From assembly GCA_964527765.1 (NCBI GenBank), contig CAZGQR010000001.1, forward strand, positions 118,353 through 182,352: 64,000 nucleotides of DNA, written 5' to 3'. Within the stretch, counting starts at the first letter, position 1, and each line of letters starts with the position of its first letter. Position numbers and translations under genes: made by a program. The notes beneath the pieces were generated by a model, which saw only the letters and a list, made by a program, of their open reading frames with translations, had not been told where the DNA came from and did no database searches. This document shows, piece by piece, positions 1 through 9,571 of the stretch. The stretch is from an uncultured Planctomycetia bacterium. Its GTDB lineage: Bacteria; Omnitrophota; Gorgyraeia; Tantalellales; Tantalellaceae.

Positions 1-107
1 TCCGCCCCGTCAGGGAAAGGCGCATCGGGCAGGTTTTCTTGAAAATACTTTCTGCAGGATCTTAACAGGGTCTCTGTTATTTTTTTTGAGATGTCTTTGC
101 CAAGCAT
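1..107 (-). CDS. 5' part of an unidentified CDS running off the window (MLGKDISKKITETLLRSCRKYFQENLPDAPFPDGA...)
   Basis: ATG at 107 overlapping the rsfS 3' end; frame stays open to the window edge; too short to identify. Confidence 0.45.
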   Translation of the reverse strand, partial: MLGKDISKKITETLLRSCRKYFQENLPDAPFPDGA

Positions 108-460
108 TTATCGTCAAATCGTTCTATCGGGGCGTCGGACCATAACCGTTCCAGCCCGTAAAACTCCCTGATCTGGCTGTAAAAAACATGGACCACAACG
201 TCCCCGTAATCCAGCAAGATCCAATAGGAATTATGTTTTCCTTCCACGTGCAAGGGAAAAATATGCTCTTTTGATAATCTTCTCTGTATTGTGTTGGAAA
301 TGGCGTTGATCCGGCGAGAGGAGCTTGCGCTGACCAGGACAAACCAGTCACACATCGTCGAAATGCCCCGCATATCCATCAGGACGATGTCTTCCCCTTT
401 TTTCTCCACCGCAAGCTGTGCTATAAACTTTGCCTTATCCAGAGCTGCTGCTTTTTTCAC
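77..460 (-). CDS. rsfS: Ribosome silencing factor RsfS (Iojap)
   Basis: KKGEDIVLMDM, WILLDYGDVVVHVF, REFYGLERLW motifs; usual position downstream of nadD. Confidence 0.95.
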   Translation of the reverse strand: MKKAAALDKAKFIAQLAVEKKGEDIVLMDMRGISTMCDWFVLVSASSSRRINAISNTIQRRLSKEHIFPLHVEGKHNSYWILLDYGDVVVHVFYSQIREFYGLERLWSDAPIERFDDKCLAKTSQKK

Positions 461-552
461 CGATCAGTCAAATTATGCTTTAATATATTGCCTGGGACCA
501 AAAAGACCAGACAATCTCAAAATATACCCTTAAGCAGGGTAAAATGATCCGT

Positions 553-696
553 TTATTTGCCGAGTATCCTGTACATGCCCGTACCGCAATCCGGACATTT
601 ACCTTTCATCGCCTTCCTGCCGTTTTTCATGGTGACTTCCTTGGCGTCCTTCATCTCTTTCTTGGCCTTACATTTTACGCAATAACCCTCTGCCAT
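553..696 (-). CDS. 47-aa zinc-ribbon protein (DUF5679-like), missed by the ORF track
   Basis: Manual translation MAEGYCVKCKAKKEMKDAKEVTMKNGRKAMKGKCPDCGTGMYRILGK; two CxxC pairs; SD AGGAGGT upstream. Confidence 0.88.
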   Translation of the reverse strand: MAEGYCVKCKAKKEMKDAKEVTMKNGRKAMKGKCPDCGTGMYRILGK

Positions 697-740
697 GAGT
701 AACACCTCCTTGAATTTTTAAAAAAAATAACGTTTGCTTA

Positions 741-768
741 AGTTTATCACACCGGAACTAAAAGTCAA
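741..768 (-). promoter_or_regulatory. sigma70-type promoter for the zinc-ribbon gene
   Basis: TTGACT-16 nt-TAAACT with extended -10 TG. Confidence 0.6.
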
Positions 769-789
769 GGGAATACGAGAACGCCGCGC

Positions 790-1365
790 CTATCCGGTGT
801 ATAGCCCCTTATTCCGCATATACCTGACAACTGCAGCCGGGACCAGATAGTCTATGGGCTCGCGCTTGCGTATCCTGTCCCTTACCATGCTGGAGGACAC
901 CTCCATGGCGGGGATGACAACGCGCCGAACTTTTCCCTCATAAGCGCTTTTTTCCCCCCAGCCGGGCCGGGTGGCAATAACGAAAGTGGTGAGACGGAGA
1001 ATGTCATCCACGTCCTTCCACATGGAAAGGCTTTCCGCGGAATCGGCCCCGGTCAGGAAGAAAAGTTCGGCTTTTTCTCCGTACTTCTGCCTGAAATGTT
1101 TGACCGTATCGATCGAATATGACGTCCCGCCGGCGTCTATCTCGTAGGTGGATATTTCAAATCTGTCATCACCTTCAAGAGCCGCGCGGATCATGTTCAA
1201 GCGGTCCGCGGCTGAGGCCTCCCCTTCCACTTTTTTGAGAGGGGGTATATGAGCGGGGATAAAGATGACCTTGTCGAGGGCAAGACGATGCCAGCACTCC
1301 TGTGCCAGGACCAGGTGCCCCACGTGTATCGGGTTGAAAGTCCCCCCTAACAGCCCTATTTTCAT
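790..1365 (-). CDS. nadD: Nicotinate-nucleotide adenylyltransferase
   Basis: GGTFNPIHVGH, TGADS, VSSSMVR motifs. Confidence 0.97.
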   Translation of the reverse strand: MKIGLLGGTFNPIHVGHLVLAQECWHRLALDKVIFIPAHIPPLKKVEGEASAADRLNMIRAALEGDDRFEISTYEIDAGGTSYSIDTVKHFRQKYGEKAELFFLTGADSAESLSMWKDVDDILRLTTFVIATRPGWGEKSAYEGKVRRVVIPAMEVSSSMVRDRIRKREPIDYLVPAAVVRYMRNKGLYTG

Positions 1366-2621
1366 GTCCTGATCTGTCCTCTTCCGCGTATAACGTATTT
1401 ATAGGTACAAAGCTCCTCAAGCCCCATCGGTCCCCGAGCATGAAGCTTGTCCGTCGAAATGCCTATTTCCGCTCCTTTGCCGAATTCGCCGCCGTCGGTA
1501 AATCTGGTGGACGCATTAACATAAACGGCCGCGGAATCGACCCTTCCGGTAAATTCTTCACCGGTCCTGCGGTTCCTTGTCACGATCGCATCCGAATGAT
1601 TTGACCCGAATCTCGCGATATGCTCGATGGCTTCCTCCAGTGACCGGACCACGCGTATGTTCAGGATAAGGTCCAGCCATTCCGTGGCAAAATCCTTTTC
1701 CCCCGCTTCAGCAACATCGCTGCCGAGGATCTCTCTCGTCCTCGGACATCCTTTCATTTTCACGCCTGAGCCGCGCAGCTCGGCAGCTATACGCGGAAGG
1801 AACTTTTCCGCAACAGCTTCATGCACGAGCATCGTCTCCATGGCATTGCAGACCCCCGGCCTCTGGACTTTTGCGTTGAAACATATATCTTCCGCCATGT
1901 TCAGATCGGCTTCGGCATCGACATATACATGACAGATGCCTTTATAGTGTTTTATGACCGGCACTTTGCTCCTGGCGGCAACTTCGCTTATCAACGATTC
2001 CCCTCCCCGCGGCATGATGAGATCGATCCCGTCCGACGAGGCGAGCATAGCATCCACGATCTCCCGGGACGTATCTTCTATCAGGATAAACGCTCCCTCG
2101 TTCAGGCCTTCCGCTTCGGCGGCTTTTTTCAGGGCGCCGCAGATCGCCTTGTTCGAGTTTATGGCATCCGAGCCGCCCCGAAGAATAACGGCATTCCCCG
2201 ATTTAAGGCACAGAGAAACGCAATCCGCCGTCACGTTGGGGCGCGCCTCATAGATTATCCCTATGACACCTATCGGCACTCTTACTTTCTCTATCACGAG
2301 CCCGTTAGGGCGCTTTTTCTTTTCGAGTACCGTCCCCACGGGATCATCGAGAGCGGCCACTTCACGCATCATGGAGCACATCCCGTCTATCCTCTTATCA
2401 TCCAGCTTCAAGCGGTCGACGAACGCCTTGCTTTTGCCTTTTCCCCGGGCATTCGCCACATCAACTTCATTTGCTTCCCCGATGCTGTCCCTTGCCTGAT
2501 CAAGGGCCTTCGCCATTTTCAGCAGAATAGCGTTCTTCTTTTTCGTGGGCATGACGCCCAGGGAAGCCGCCGCTTTCCTCGCCCTGCCGGTAATGTTCTT
2601 CATAACGTTTATTAAGTCCAT
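1362..2621 (-). CDS. proA: Gamma-glutamyl phosphate reductase
   Basis: PIGVIGIIYEARPNVT, VCNAMETMLVH, GAEIGISTDKLHARGPMGL. Confidence 0.98.
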   Translation of the reverse strand: MDLINVMKNITGRARKAAASLGVMPTKKKNAILLKMAKALDQARDSIGEANEVDVANARGKGKSKAFVDRLKLDDKRIDGMCSMMREVAALDDPVGTVLEKKKRPNGLVIEKVRVPIGVIGIIYEARPNVTADCVSLCLKSGNAVILRGGSDAINSNKAICGALKKAAEAEGLNEGAFILIEDTSREIVDAMLASSDGIDLIMPRGGESLISEVAARSKVPVIKHYKGICHVYVDAEADLNMAEDICFNAKVQRPGVCNAMETMLVHEAVAEKFLPRIAAELRGSGVKMKGCPRTREILGSDVAEAGEKDFATEWLDLILNIRVVRSLEEAIEHIARFGSNHSDAIVTRNRRTGEEFTGRVDSAAVYVNASTRFTDGGEFGKGAEIGISTDKLHARGPMGLEELCTYKYVIRGRGQIRT

Positions 2622-3742
2622 TACTTGCCCTCTCCGGTGATCACGAGGTTGTCCCTGTGGATCACTTCATCATAATCCTTGTGCCCCAGAACCCCTTCGA
2701 TCTCGCCGGTTTTTCGACCCTTTATTTTCTCTATTTCCCCGGAGGAATAGTTCGTCAGCCCCCTCGCTATTACCCTGCCGTTATGAGAGAGAACGTCCAC
2801 CACGTCCCCCTCGTTAAATCTTCCCCGCACTTTCGTCACTCCGCCCGGCAGGAGACTCTTCTTTCCCTTCACCAGCGCAGTTTCAGCGCCCTCGTCGACC
2901 TTAACGGCCCCTTTTGATCTGATGCTGAACGCGATCCAGCGCTTGCGGGCTTTCATGGTCTTAGCGGAAGCTTCAAACCTTGTCCCGATCTGGCTGCCGT
3001 CGATTATGTCCGCTATCGCGTTCTTGCGCCTGCCGTGCGCTATGACGCATTCTATCCCGGCCTTTGAAGCGTTCTTTGCGGCTTCAAGCTTTGTCGTCAT
3101 GCCGCCTGTCGACTCATCGGACCCTTTGCCCCTGCATAGATCCTTCAGCCCTTCCATGGCTTCTGTGATACCTTTTACGCGCCTGATCAATTTTGAATCT
3201 TTGTCATAAAGCCCTTCCACATCAGTAAGTATGATCAGCATGTCCGAATCGGCAAGATCCGAAACAAGACCGGAAAGCCGGTCGTTATCGCCGCATTTTA
3301 TCTCCTCGGTGGAAACGGAATCGTTCTCATTGACGACAGGCACGGCCTTATACTTCAAAAGCGTGTTCAACGTGTATCTGATATTCAGAAAACGCCTGCG
3401 GTCGTTGAAGTCTTCCTGCGTAAGCAGTATCTGGCCTGCCATGTATCCCCTCTTGTTGAAATATTCATTGTAGATATCCATCAGGTGATTCTGGCCCACG
3501 CTTGCGATCGCCTGCAGCTCAGAAAGGGACCTGCCTTTTTTCTGGAGATCCAAAAGCCCCAGACCCGCTCCTATCGCACCGGAGGAAACGACAATAACTT
3601 CTATTTTCCGGTCCATGAGGTCCGATATCTGGTCCGCAAGGCCTTTAATGACCTTCCGGTCTATTCTGTTCCGCTTATCCGTAAGGACCTTAGTCCCGAT
3701 CTTGATCGTTATTCTCTTCAGCTTTTTTCCTGACATCTTCAA
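2621..3742 (-). CDS. proB: Glutamate 5-kinase with PUA domain
   Basis: VSSGAI, VVNENDSV, GDNDRLS, TGGMTTKL; C-terminal PUA (SLLPGGV, EVIHRDNLV). Confidence 0.98.
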   Translation of the reverse strand: MKMSGKKLKRITIKIGTKVLTDKRNRIDRKVIKGLADQISDLMDRKIEVIVVSSGAIGAGLGLLDLQKKGRSLSELQAIASVGQNHLMDIYNEYFNKRGYMAGQILLTQEDFNDRRRFLNIRYTLNTLLKYKAVPVVNENDSVSTEEIKCGDNDRLSGLVSDLADSDMLIILTDVEGLYDKDSKLIRRVKGITEAMEGLKDLCRGKGSDESTGGMTTKLEAAKNASKAGIECVIAHGRRKNAIADIIDGSQIGTRFEASAKTMKARKRWIAFSIRSKGAVKVDEGAETALVKGKKSLLPGGVTKVRGRFNEGDVVDVLSHNGRVIARGLTNYSSGEIEKIKGRKTGEIEGVLGHKDYDEVIHRDNLVITGEGK

Positions 3743-4691
3743 TCTTCCCGTAAATCGTACCGACCAGTTTTACCAGCCCTTCGCCGCTGAGAGCGGAAAT
3801 AGGCCAGACCTTTTCTTTCACGGTCCCGGTAAATTTTTTCAGGCTTTCGGCCGCCCCGGGCGAGTCCATCTTGTTCGCGGCTATAATGCGCGGCTTATCG
3901 TACACCTCTTCGCCGTACAGTTCGAGTTCCTTCTCCAGTTTAAAATAATTTTCCGCGGGGTCCGAGCCGTCCAGCGGGACCATGTCCACAATATGCACAA
4001 GGACGATAGTCCTTTCAATGTGGCGCAGAAACCTGTCCCCGAGCCCGCGCCCCGCATGCGCCCCTTCTATGAGCCCGGGCATGTCCGCCACCACGAAAGT
4101 CCCATCATCAACGGTGACCACTCCCAATTTCGGGCTTTTAGTGGTGAAGGGATACGGCGCTATTTTCGTATGGGCTTTTGATATGCGCGAAACCAATGTG
4201 GACTTTCCGGCGTTCGGAAAGCCGATGATCCCCGCATCGGCCACAAGTTTCAGCTCAAGAAGCAATGTCCTTGACTCACCCGTTTCGCCGGACGTGGCTG
4301 TCCGCACCTTGGCGCTGCCCTTACCGCCGGAGCCGCCTTTTGCCACTATGACCTGTTCGCCTTCGGCTGCGAGGTCCCTGATAACAAGATCGTTCCCGGC
4401 GTCCTTAAGAATGGTGCCGACCGGGACTTTCACCAGACAGTCTTTTCCTCTCCTGCCGAACTTTTTATTGGACCCTCCGTGCTCGCCCCTGGAGGCGCGA
4501 TAATGCTGATTATATTTAAAGTCCAGAAGGGTGTAAAGGTTCGGGTCGCTTTCGACGATCACATCGCCGCCTGCGCCGCCGTCTCCGCCGTCGGGAATGC
4601 CTCTGCGGTGAAAAAGATCCTTGTACAAGCTCTGGCAGCCGTTTCCCCCGTTACCGCCCGACACGTAGATTTTTGCATGATCGATCAGCAT
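3690..4691 (-). CDS. obgE: Obg family GTPase
   Basis: Gly-rich Obg fold; GFPNAGKST, YPFTT, DMPG, NKMD. Confidence 0.97.
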   Translation of the reverse strand: MLIDHAKIYVSGGNGGNGCQSLYKDLFHRRGIPDGGDGGAGGDVIVESDPNLYTLLDFKYNQHYRASRGEHGGSNKKFGRRGKDCLVKVPVGTILKDAGNDLVIRDLAAEGEQVIVAKGGSGGKGSAKVRTATSGETGESRTLLLELKLVADAGIIGFPNAGKSTLVSRISKAHTKIAPYPFTTKSPKLGVVTVDDGTFVVADMPGLIEGAHAGRGLGDRFLRHIERTIVLVHIVDMVPLDGSDPAENYFKLEKELELYGEEVYDKPRIIAANKMDSPGAAESLKKFTGTVKEKVWPISALSGEGLVKLVGTIYGKIEDVRKKAEENNDQDRD

Positions 4692-4692
4692 C

Positions 4693-4935
4693 TCATCCGG
4701 GAATAACGCTTACAACCCGCTTGCCGGAAAAAGTGACGATACCCTCGCGCTTGGCGAAAAGCGTATCATCCCTTCCCCTCCCGACGTTCATGCCGGGTTT
4801 GTACTGGGTCCCCCTCTGCCTGATAAGTATACTTCCGGCGCTTACGGCCTGGCCGTCGGATGTTTTGATGCCCAGTCTTTGTGAATTGGAATCGCGTCCG
4901 TTACGCGAAGAACCCTGTCCTTTTTTGTGCGCCAT
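4693..4935 (-). CDS. rpmA: 50S ribosomal protein L27
   Basis: [22 protein letters not shown]. Confidence 0.98.
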   Translation of the reverse strand: MAHKKGQGSSRNGRDSNSQRLGIKTSDGQAVSAGSILIRQRGTQYKPGMNVGRGRDDTLFAKREGIVTFSGKRVVSVIPG

Positions 4936-4985
4936 GATCTTCTCCCTTATGCATTATGCCGCCCGCCATCCTCACCTGCTTCATA

Positions 4986-5306
4986 TTAAGCGAAATGTAT
5001 ATCCTTCACCCGAAGTTCGGTGACATCCTGACGGTGCCCTTTTTTCGATTGAGAGCTCTTCCGCTCCCTGTATTTAAAAACCGTTCTCTTTTTTAAGCGC
5101 TTATCGCCGAGGATCTCACATTCGACATAAGCGTTCTTCACGTAGGGGCTGCCCACAAAATGTGAAGACCCCTTTTTACCGAACAGTACCCTGTCGACTT
5201 TCAGTTTCTTTGATTTCTGGTCCTTTATGCGGTTCACCGTTATCTTATCATCCTTTTCCACCAGGACCTGCGTGCCCTTAAGTTCGATCACTGCGTACAT
5301 CGTCAT
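4986..5306 (-). CDS. rplU: 50S ribosomal protein L21
   Basis: MYAVIELKGTQ...KKGHRQ; adjacent to rpmA. Confidence 0.95.
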   Translation of the reverse strand: MTMYAVIELKGTQVLVEKDDKITVNRIKDQKSKKLKVDRVLFGKKGSSHFVGSPYVKNAYVECEILGDKRLKKRTVFKYRERKSSQSKKGHRQDVTELRVKDIHFA

Positions 5307-5385
5307 TCTCCTATGGTTTCATAACTCATTGTATAATAAAAGCTTACATCAAAGAGTGAACAAGCACTCCTGCAAATGTTTTATA

Positions 5386-5414
5386 ATATTATCAAATAGG
5401 GCCGGCCTTGTCAA
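5386..5414 (-). promoter_or_regulatory. sigma70 promoter of rplU-rpmA-obgE
   Basis: TTGACA-17 nt-TAATAT with extended -10 TG. Confidence 0.7.
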
Positions 5415-5432
5415 GATTTAATCAAATCGCAA

Positions 5433-6587
5433 TTACCGGTTCCAGCTGATCACCCTGAACCCGCTCGATTCTTCGGTCATATCGGGAGGAAGTATATAAA
5501 CATAGGAATAATCTATGTCTGTCCTGAAATTCCACATGGTTATATTCCTTTTTGCCAGCATGATGCCGTTGATCACGACCTCGGCTCCCCAGTGTTCATG
5601 CGTGTAGATATCCTGTTCGGCATACACGAGGGCCTCCTCCGTCTCCAAACGGCCGCTGATCTGAATATCCCCCTCTTTAGCTATTATAACGTTCCTGTCG
5701 CCTGTTTTGGCCTGGTCAAGGGTCCCCGATATGGTTATAGTATCAGCTATCATCCCGCCGTTGAGCGTGCATGTGCCCTGTACGGTCACGTCACCATCGA
5801 CATATACTATCCCATTATCCGGTGATAGCGTTTGATTGTTGAAATTCTGGCTTGAACTGTAATAAAGGCCGTCATCCTGAGCGGCTTCTTTGTACTTTGC
5901 ATAATCAAAATCCGGAAAAGTGATCCTAATGGTGCCTTCATATATCGTGGCTCCGTCGTTATTCACACTGTTGATCCAAAGATCCGTGTCTTTATTGTCA
6001 GAGTTATAGTGTTGATTGCCTTCTACGACAACACCGGTAGCGGAAACATCTCCCGTGATCGTCAGTTGCGCGTGCGGCTGCACTATAAGATAAACGTCGT
6101 GATTTGCATGTATATCTCCCGTTATCTCGGCGTCATCTATGTTCGTATGCACTTTTATCGTTATATCATTGCCGGCTCCGGAGAAATAATTCAGCGCGGT
6201 AGGCGTATTGTCTTCTACCTCGGCTGAAACCGTTTCAGAAACCCCCAGGACAGTCCCCACGGATTGCACAAGATGCCTGCCGCCGGTCTCAGAAAACGTC
6301 ACGCTGTAAGACCCCGTATCAAGACTGTCGTTAAAATCAGCGCGCGAGTCGAACCCATCCTGTTTTATTTTGGCAAACGCGTGATGCAGCCCGGCTTCAG
6401 CCATAAAACGCGCCTGCTCCCTGACCTTGGCCCTCTGAATAAGCCTTATATCACGATGGATCATGGTAGACAGGAATACAATGCTCAGGACCATAAGGCC
6501 GGTAAAGACCATTACTATGATCATCACCATACCCTTTCGGCCGTTCCTGTCATTACCCACTTTATGCCCGACGTTTGTCTCTTTCAT
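5433..6587 (-). CDS. PilX/GspK-like minor pilin with beta-rich C-terminal domain
   Basis: RKG|MVMIIV prepilin-type N-terminus without Glu5; QARFMAEAG helix; C-terminal VISWN. Confidence 0.8.
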   Translation of the reverse strand: MKETNVGHKVGNDRNGRKGMVMIIVMVFTGLMVLSIVFLSTMIHRDIRLIQRAKVREQARFMAEAGLHHAFAKIKQDGFDSRADFNDSLDTGSYSVTFSETGGRHLVQSVGTVLGVSETVSAEVEDNTPTALNYFSGAGNDITIKVHTNIDDAEITGDIHANHDVYLIVQPHAQLTITGDVSATGVVVEGNQHYNSDNKDTDLWINSVNNDGATIYEGTIRITFPDFDYAKYKEAAQDDGLYYSSSQNFNNQTLSPDNGIVYVDGDVTVQGTCTLNGGMIADTITISGTLDQAKTGDRNVIIAKEGDIQISGRLETEEALVYAEQDIYTHEHWGAEVVINGIMLAKRNITMWNFRTDIDYSYVYILPPDMTEESSGFRVISWNR

Positions 6588-6637
6588 CCCTGATCAGCCT
6601 TTTTAAAAAATTCCTGCCGTGATCTGAAATAAAAAAC

Positions 6638-9055
6638 TCACTTACCCGTATTTCTCGGTTCTATCTCTATGAAATTTTCTTCTACTACTGTTTTGTCCTG
6701 CACGACATCCGAGACCTTGATGTACATGCTGAGGATCTTCAGCAGGTACAGCCCGTCGACCGTTACCTCCGCCTGGCCGTAACTGCTTTTTCTCGCTATG
6801 TAACCGGTAATGGCGCAAAGACGCTCTTCCCCGGGCCAGTCTATCTCGACATCGTCTATCCACGTGGAATAAATATCGGTCGTATACAGTTCGCCGCTGC
6901 CATCCTCCGGAAATTCATAAACGGACAGCGCCACCTGATCTTCAACGTAGTCCGCATACCCGAGCGTTGATGAAGAAGTTTCCCAATAAAGATCGGTTGA
7001 TAATTCCGCTAAAAACTGCACGTATCGGCCGCTCCCGATGGACAGTGAATGCGGGTTCACGTTCGATCCGCTTATCGAATCCCAGTCTGTCGCCCCTTCC
7101 ATGTCCTCGTCATCCGAAGACCGCGCTTTAAGCAGGATATCCGTCCCTTCGGGGCGGCTTTCCGACCACTTTATCTCGTTATAGGAAGGATTGGCTAACG
7201 TTGTATCAAATATTCCGGACTCCACGGTCCCGGTCTTTCTCCATGTGTCTATATTTGCCGTTATGTAAACATCTGCATCCGCGGACAAGATCGAACTGCT
7301 GCAATCCTTGAACGCGACATTGCTGCCGTCACTGGTAAAATCGATAGCGGATCCGCCGCTTGAAGCGGACACCTGAAAGGTGTCGGCTGTTACATTGACA
7401 GCATAGTAAGACCCGCCGTCCTCCACTGCCGACTGACAATCGGGCGTCCCCGCCAGGTTGGCCAACTGGTTGGTAAGGCCTCCGGGTATCGTGCCGCCTC
7501 CGATAGCCACCCTGTCGTTATCGGATAAGCCGTGTGCTGTGGCCGTAAAAGTATCCGTAGTATAATCCGCCGTGCAAGACGTAGAATCTATATAATAAGT
7601 CCGGTCCGTACCGGCCGAACCGTCCCAGTATTTACAGTCCACGGATGCCGGATCTGATATATGCAGAGAGATCAGATAATCGCTATCCGCCTTTAATGGA
7701 AAGGCCGTCCATACGCTCCACTCTTCGGAATCTGCCGATATTGTAACGCCCTCATTTATATCGCCCCCCGCGTCCTCAAAGAAAAGCTGTTGATGCCGAT
7801 GGTACTCTTCGATCTCCTTCCCGGAAGGATCCTGGTTGGCAAGTCCGACGCCGCCGCTCGTCCCGCTCCTTTTTGTTATGTAAGCTTTATCTATAACAAG
7901 CGGATTGTTCGAGGAGGACCTGAAAGATACCCTGATCATATCGCCTTCCACGCTGATATTGTCCTGGATCACCACGGTGCGAATGGTCAAAGGCGAAGTC
8001 GCTCCCCCGGGGAAACCGCCGTTCCGGCCTTCCGTTTGCGTATCTCCCGTCTCGACATGGGCGAACCATGTGATCTCAACGGGATCGGTGCTTCCTTCCT
8101 CCGGAGTATCCAGCTTTATGTGCACCTCTTCATCGAACATGGCAGTGTTATCTAAAGCAGCATCTTCGAACGAGGATTCCCTCCATAGATCATAATAATC
8201 GCTGATCTCGATATAACTGCCGACACCGGCCGCGTCAAATTCCAGGTAATTATCATTTCCCCACATGGAGTCATGCACGCGGCCCGCCGTTCCGCCGCTC
8301 ACCGTAAGAGAGCCGGCCGGCGCGAACGACGAATTATAATATTCCACTTCACGGGGGCTTACCGATGGCTCTATAAATATACTATCAAGCCCTATATCAT
8401 AACCGGAGGATAAATCGTTTTTCCCGTCGATCTCAAACCGTATCGTGTGGTCGCCGCTGCTTAAGTTGGCCCACCCGAACACCATTTTACCGACTCTCAC
8501 GGGAGTGCTGGATTCGTCATAAAAATCGACTATCGGAGATAACGGGGATATCTCGAAGGTATCGACATTTTTCAAGAATTCCTCCCCCTCCTCGCCGGTA
8601 ACAACGTCTTCCAATTGAGCATACCTTTCGTCTTCGTCCTTTGTGTTATCGCGCGGATCAAAGACCTTTCGCCTCAACGTCTTGCTGCCGTCTCCCGCGG
8701 TATGAAGGTAATAAATAACCGTTTTATCCCAGTCTATTTTTTCATCGGCATCCAGCGTGAAAAATCCGTTAGAATCGGTTTCCGCCACCGGCATGCTCAC
8801 GGCAGTGTAAGTTTGTTCTGTGTTGGGATAAAAAGACATGTAAGTCAGGCTTGACAGCCGCAGGTCGTTCTTGATAACCTCCAGGGCATTCATAAGATCG
8901 ATCCTCAGCTCTGTATATTGCCTTTCCACGGTCCATGTTCTGTACGTAAATATCCACGCGGACAAAATACCCCCTATCACGATCACGGAAATTATGCCGA
9001 CGAACATGACCTCAGTGAAGGTAAACCCTTTTTTATTGCGCAAGATCTTTTTCAT
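6638..9055 (-). CDS. Very large (805 aa) PilW-like minor pilin / putative adhesin
   Basis: KKG|FTFTEV class III signal with Glu5; acidic, beta-rich multi-domain body. Confidence 0.8.
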   Translation of the reverse strand: MKKILRNKKGFTFTEVMFVGIISVIVIGGILSAWIFTYRTWTVERQYTELRIDLMNALEVIKNDLRLSSLTYMSFYPNTEQTYTAVSMPVAETDSNGFFTLDADEKIDWDKTVIYYLHTAGDGSKTLRRKVFDPRDNTKDEDERYAQLEDVVTGEEGEEFLKNVDTFEISPLSPIVDFYDESSTPVRVGKMVFGWANLSSGDHTIRFEIDGKNDLSSGYDIGLDSIFIEPSVSPREVEYYNSSFAPAGSLTVSGGTAGRVHDSMWGNDNYLEFDAAGVGSYIEISDYYDLWRESSFEDAALDNTAMFDEEVHIKLDTPEEGSTDPVEITWFAHVETGDTQTEGRNGGFPGGATSPLTIRTVVIQDNISVEGDMIRVSFRSSSNNPLVIDKAYITKRSGTSGGVGLANQDPSGKEIEEYHRHQQLFFEDAGGDINEGVTISADSEEWSVWTAFPLKADSDYLISLHISDPASVDCKYWDGSAGTDRTYYIDSTSCTADYTTDTFTATAHGLSDNDRVAIGGGTIPGGLTNQLANLAGTPDCQSAVEDGGSYYAVNVTADTFQVSASSGGSAIDFTSDGSNVAFKDCSSSILSADADVYITANIDTWRKTGTVESGIFDTTLANPSYNEIKWSESRPEGTDILLKARSSDDEDMEGATDWDSISGSNVNPHSLSIGSGRYVQFLAELSTDLYWETSSSTLGYADYVEDQVALSVYEFPEDGSGELYTTDIYSTWIDDVEIDWPGEERLCAITGYIARKSSYGQAEVTVDGLYLLKILSMYIKVSDVVQDKTVVEENFIEIEPRNTGK

Positions 9056-9123
9056 GTCCCGCTCTAACCCCGCCTTTACCTGTTCTTTGACATGACCGTT
9101 GCATCAATAGATCACGGTCTTGA

Positions 9124-9558
9124 TCAATACTCCGCGAATAGCGTCTCCATGACGACCGGCTGGCCCGATGTTTCCGTGCTCGAAATGCTGCCGTCGATAT
9201 TTACCTTTATCTTCTTCACGCTGACTTTTATTTTCGTAAGATAGGGGTTATCGTCGAATTCAGTGTCGATCTCCGTGGTGCGGACATAATTACCACCGGG
9301 ATTGACAGTGCCGTCGGCATCTATTCGAACATCCGTTTCAGCCGCTGCGGAAAGCTGGTCGAAACTGAATCTTTTAAGCAGATCTATGCGTCTTTGGCCC
9401 AGAGATGAAGCTGTATAGATCATATCCATCCTCCGCGAAAAAACGGAACCCTGGATCACGATAGCGATCAGAGAAACCAGAACTATTATGACCAGAACAA
9501 TGGATACGATCACTTCCACAAGCGTTATTCCCTTACAGTTCTTTAATAACCTGTTCAT
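9124..9558 (-). CDS. PilV-like minor pilin
   Basis: CKG|ITLVEV class III signal; ATG at 9558 with GGAG SD just after the rng stop. Confidence 0.8.
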   Translation of the reverse strand: MNRLLKNCKGITLVEVIVSIVLVIIVLVSLIAIVIQGSVFSRRMDMIYTASSLGQRRIDLLKRFSFDQLSAAAETDVRIDADGTVNPGGNYVRTTEIDTEFDDNPYLTKIKVSVKKIKVNIDGSISSTETSGQPVVMETLFAEY

Positions 9559-9571
9559 GGCGTTCTCCGCA

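Noticed and set aside
3690-3742. obgE/proB overlap as a frameshift
   Set aside because: Both proteins are complete; the overlap involves only a variable tail
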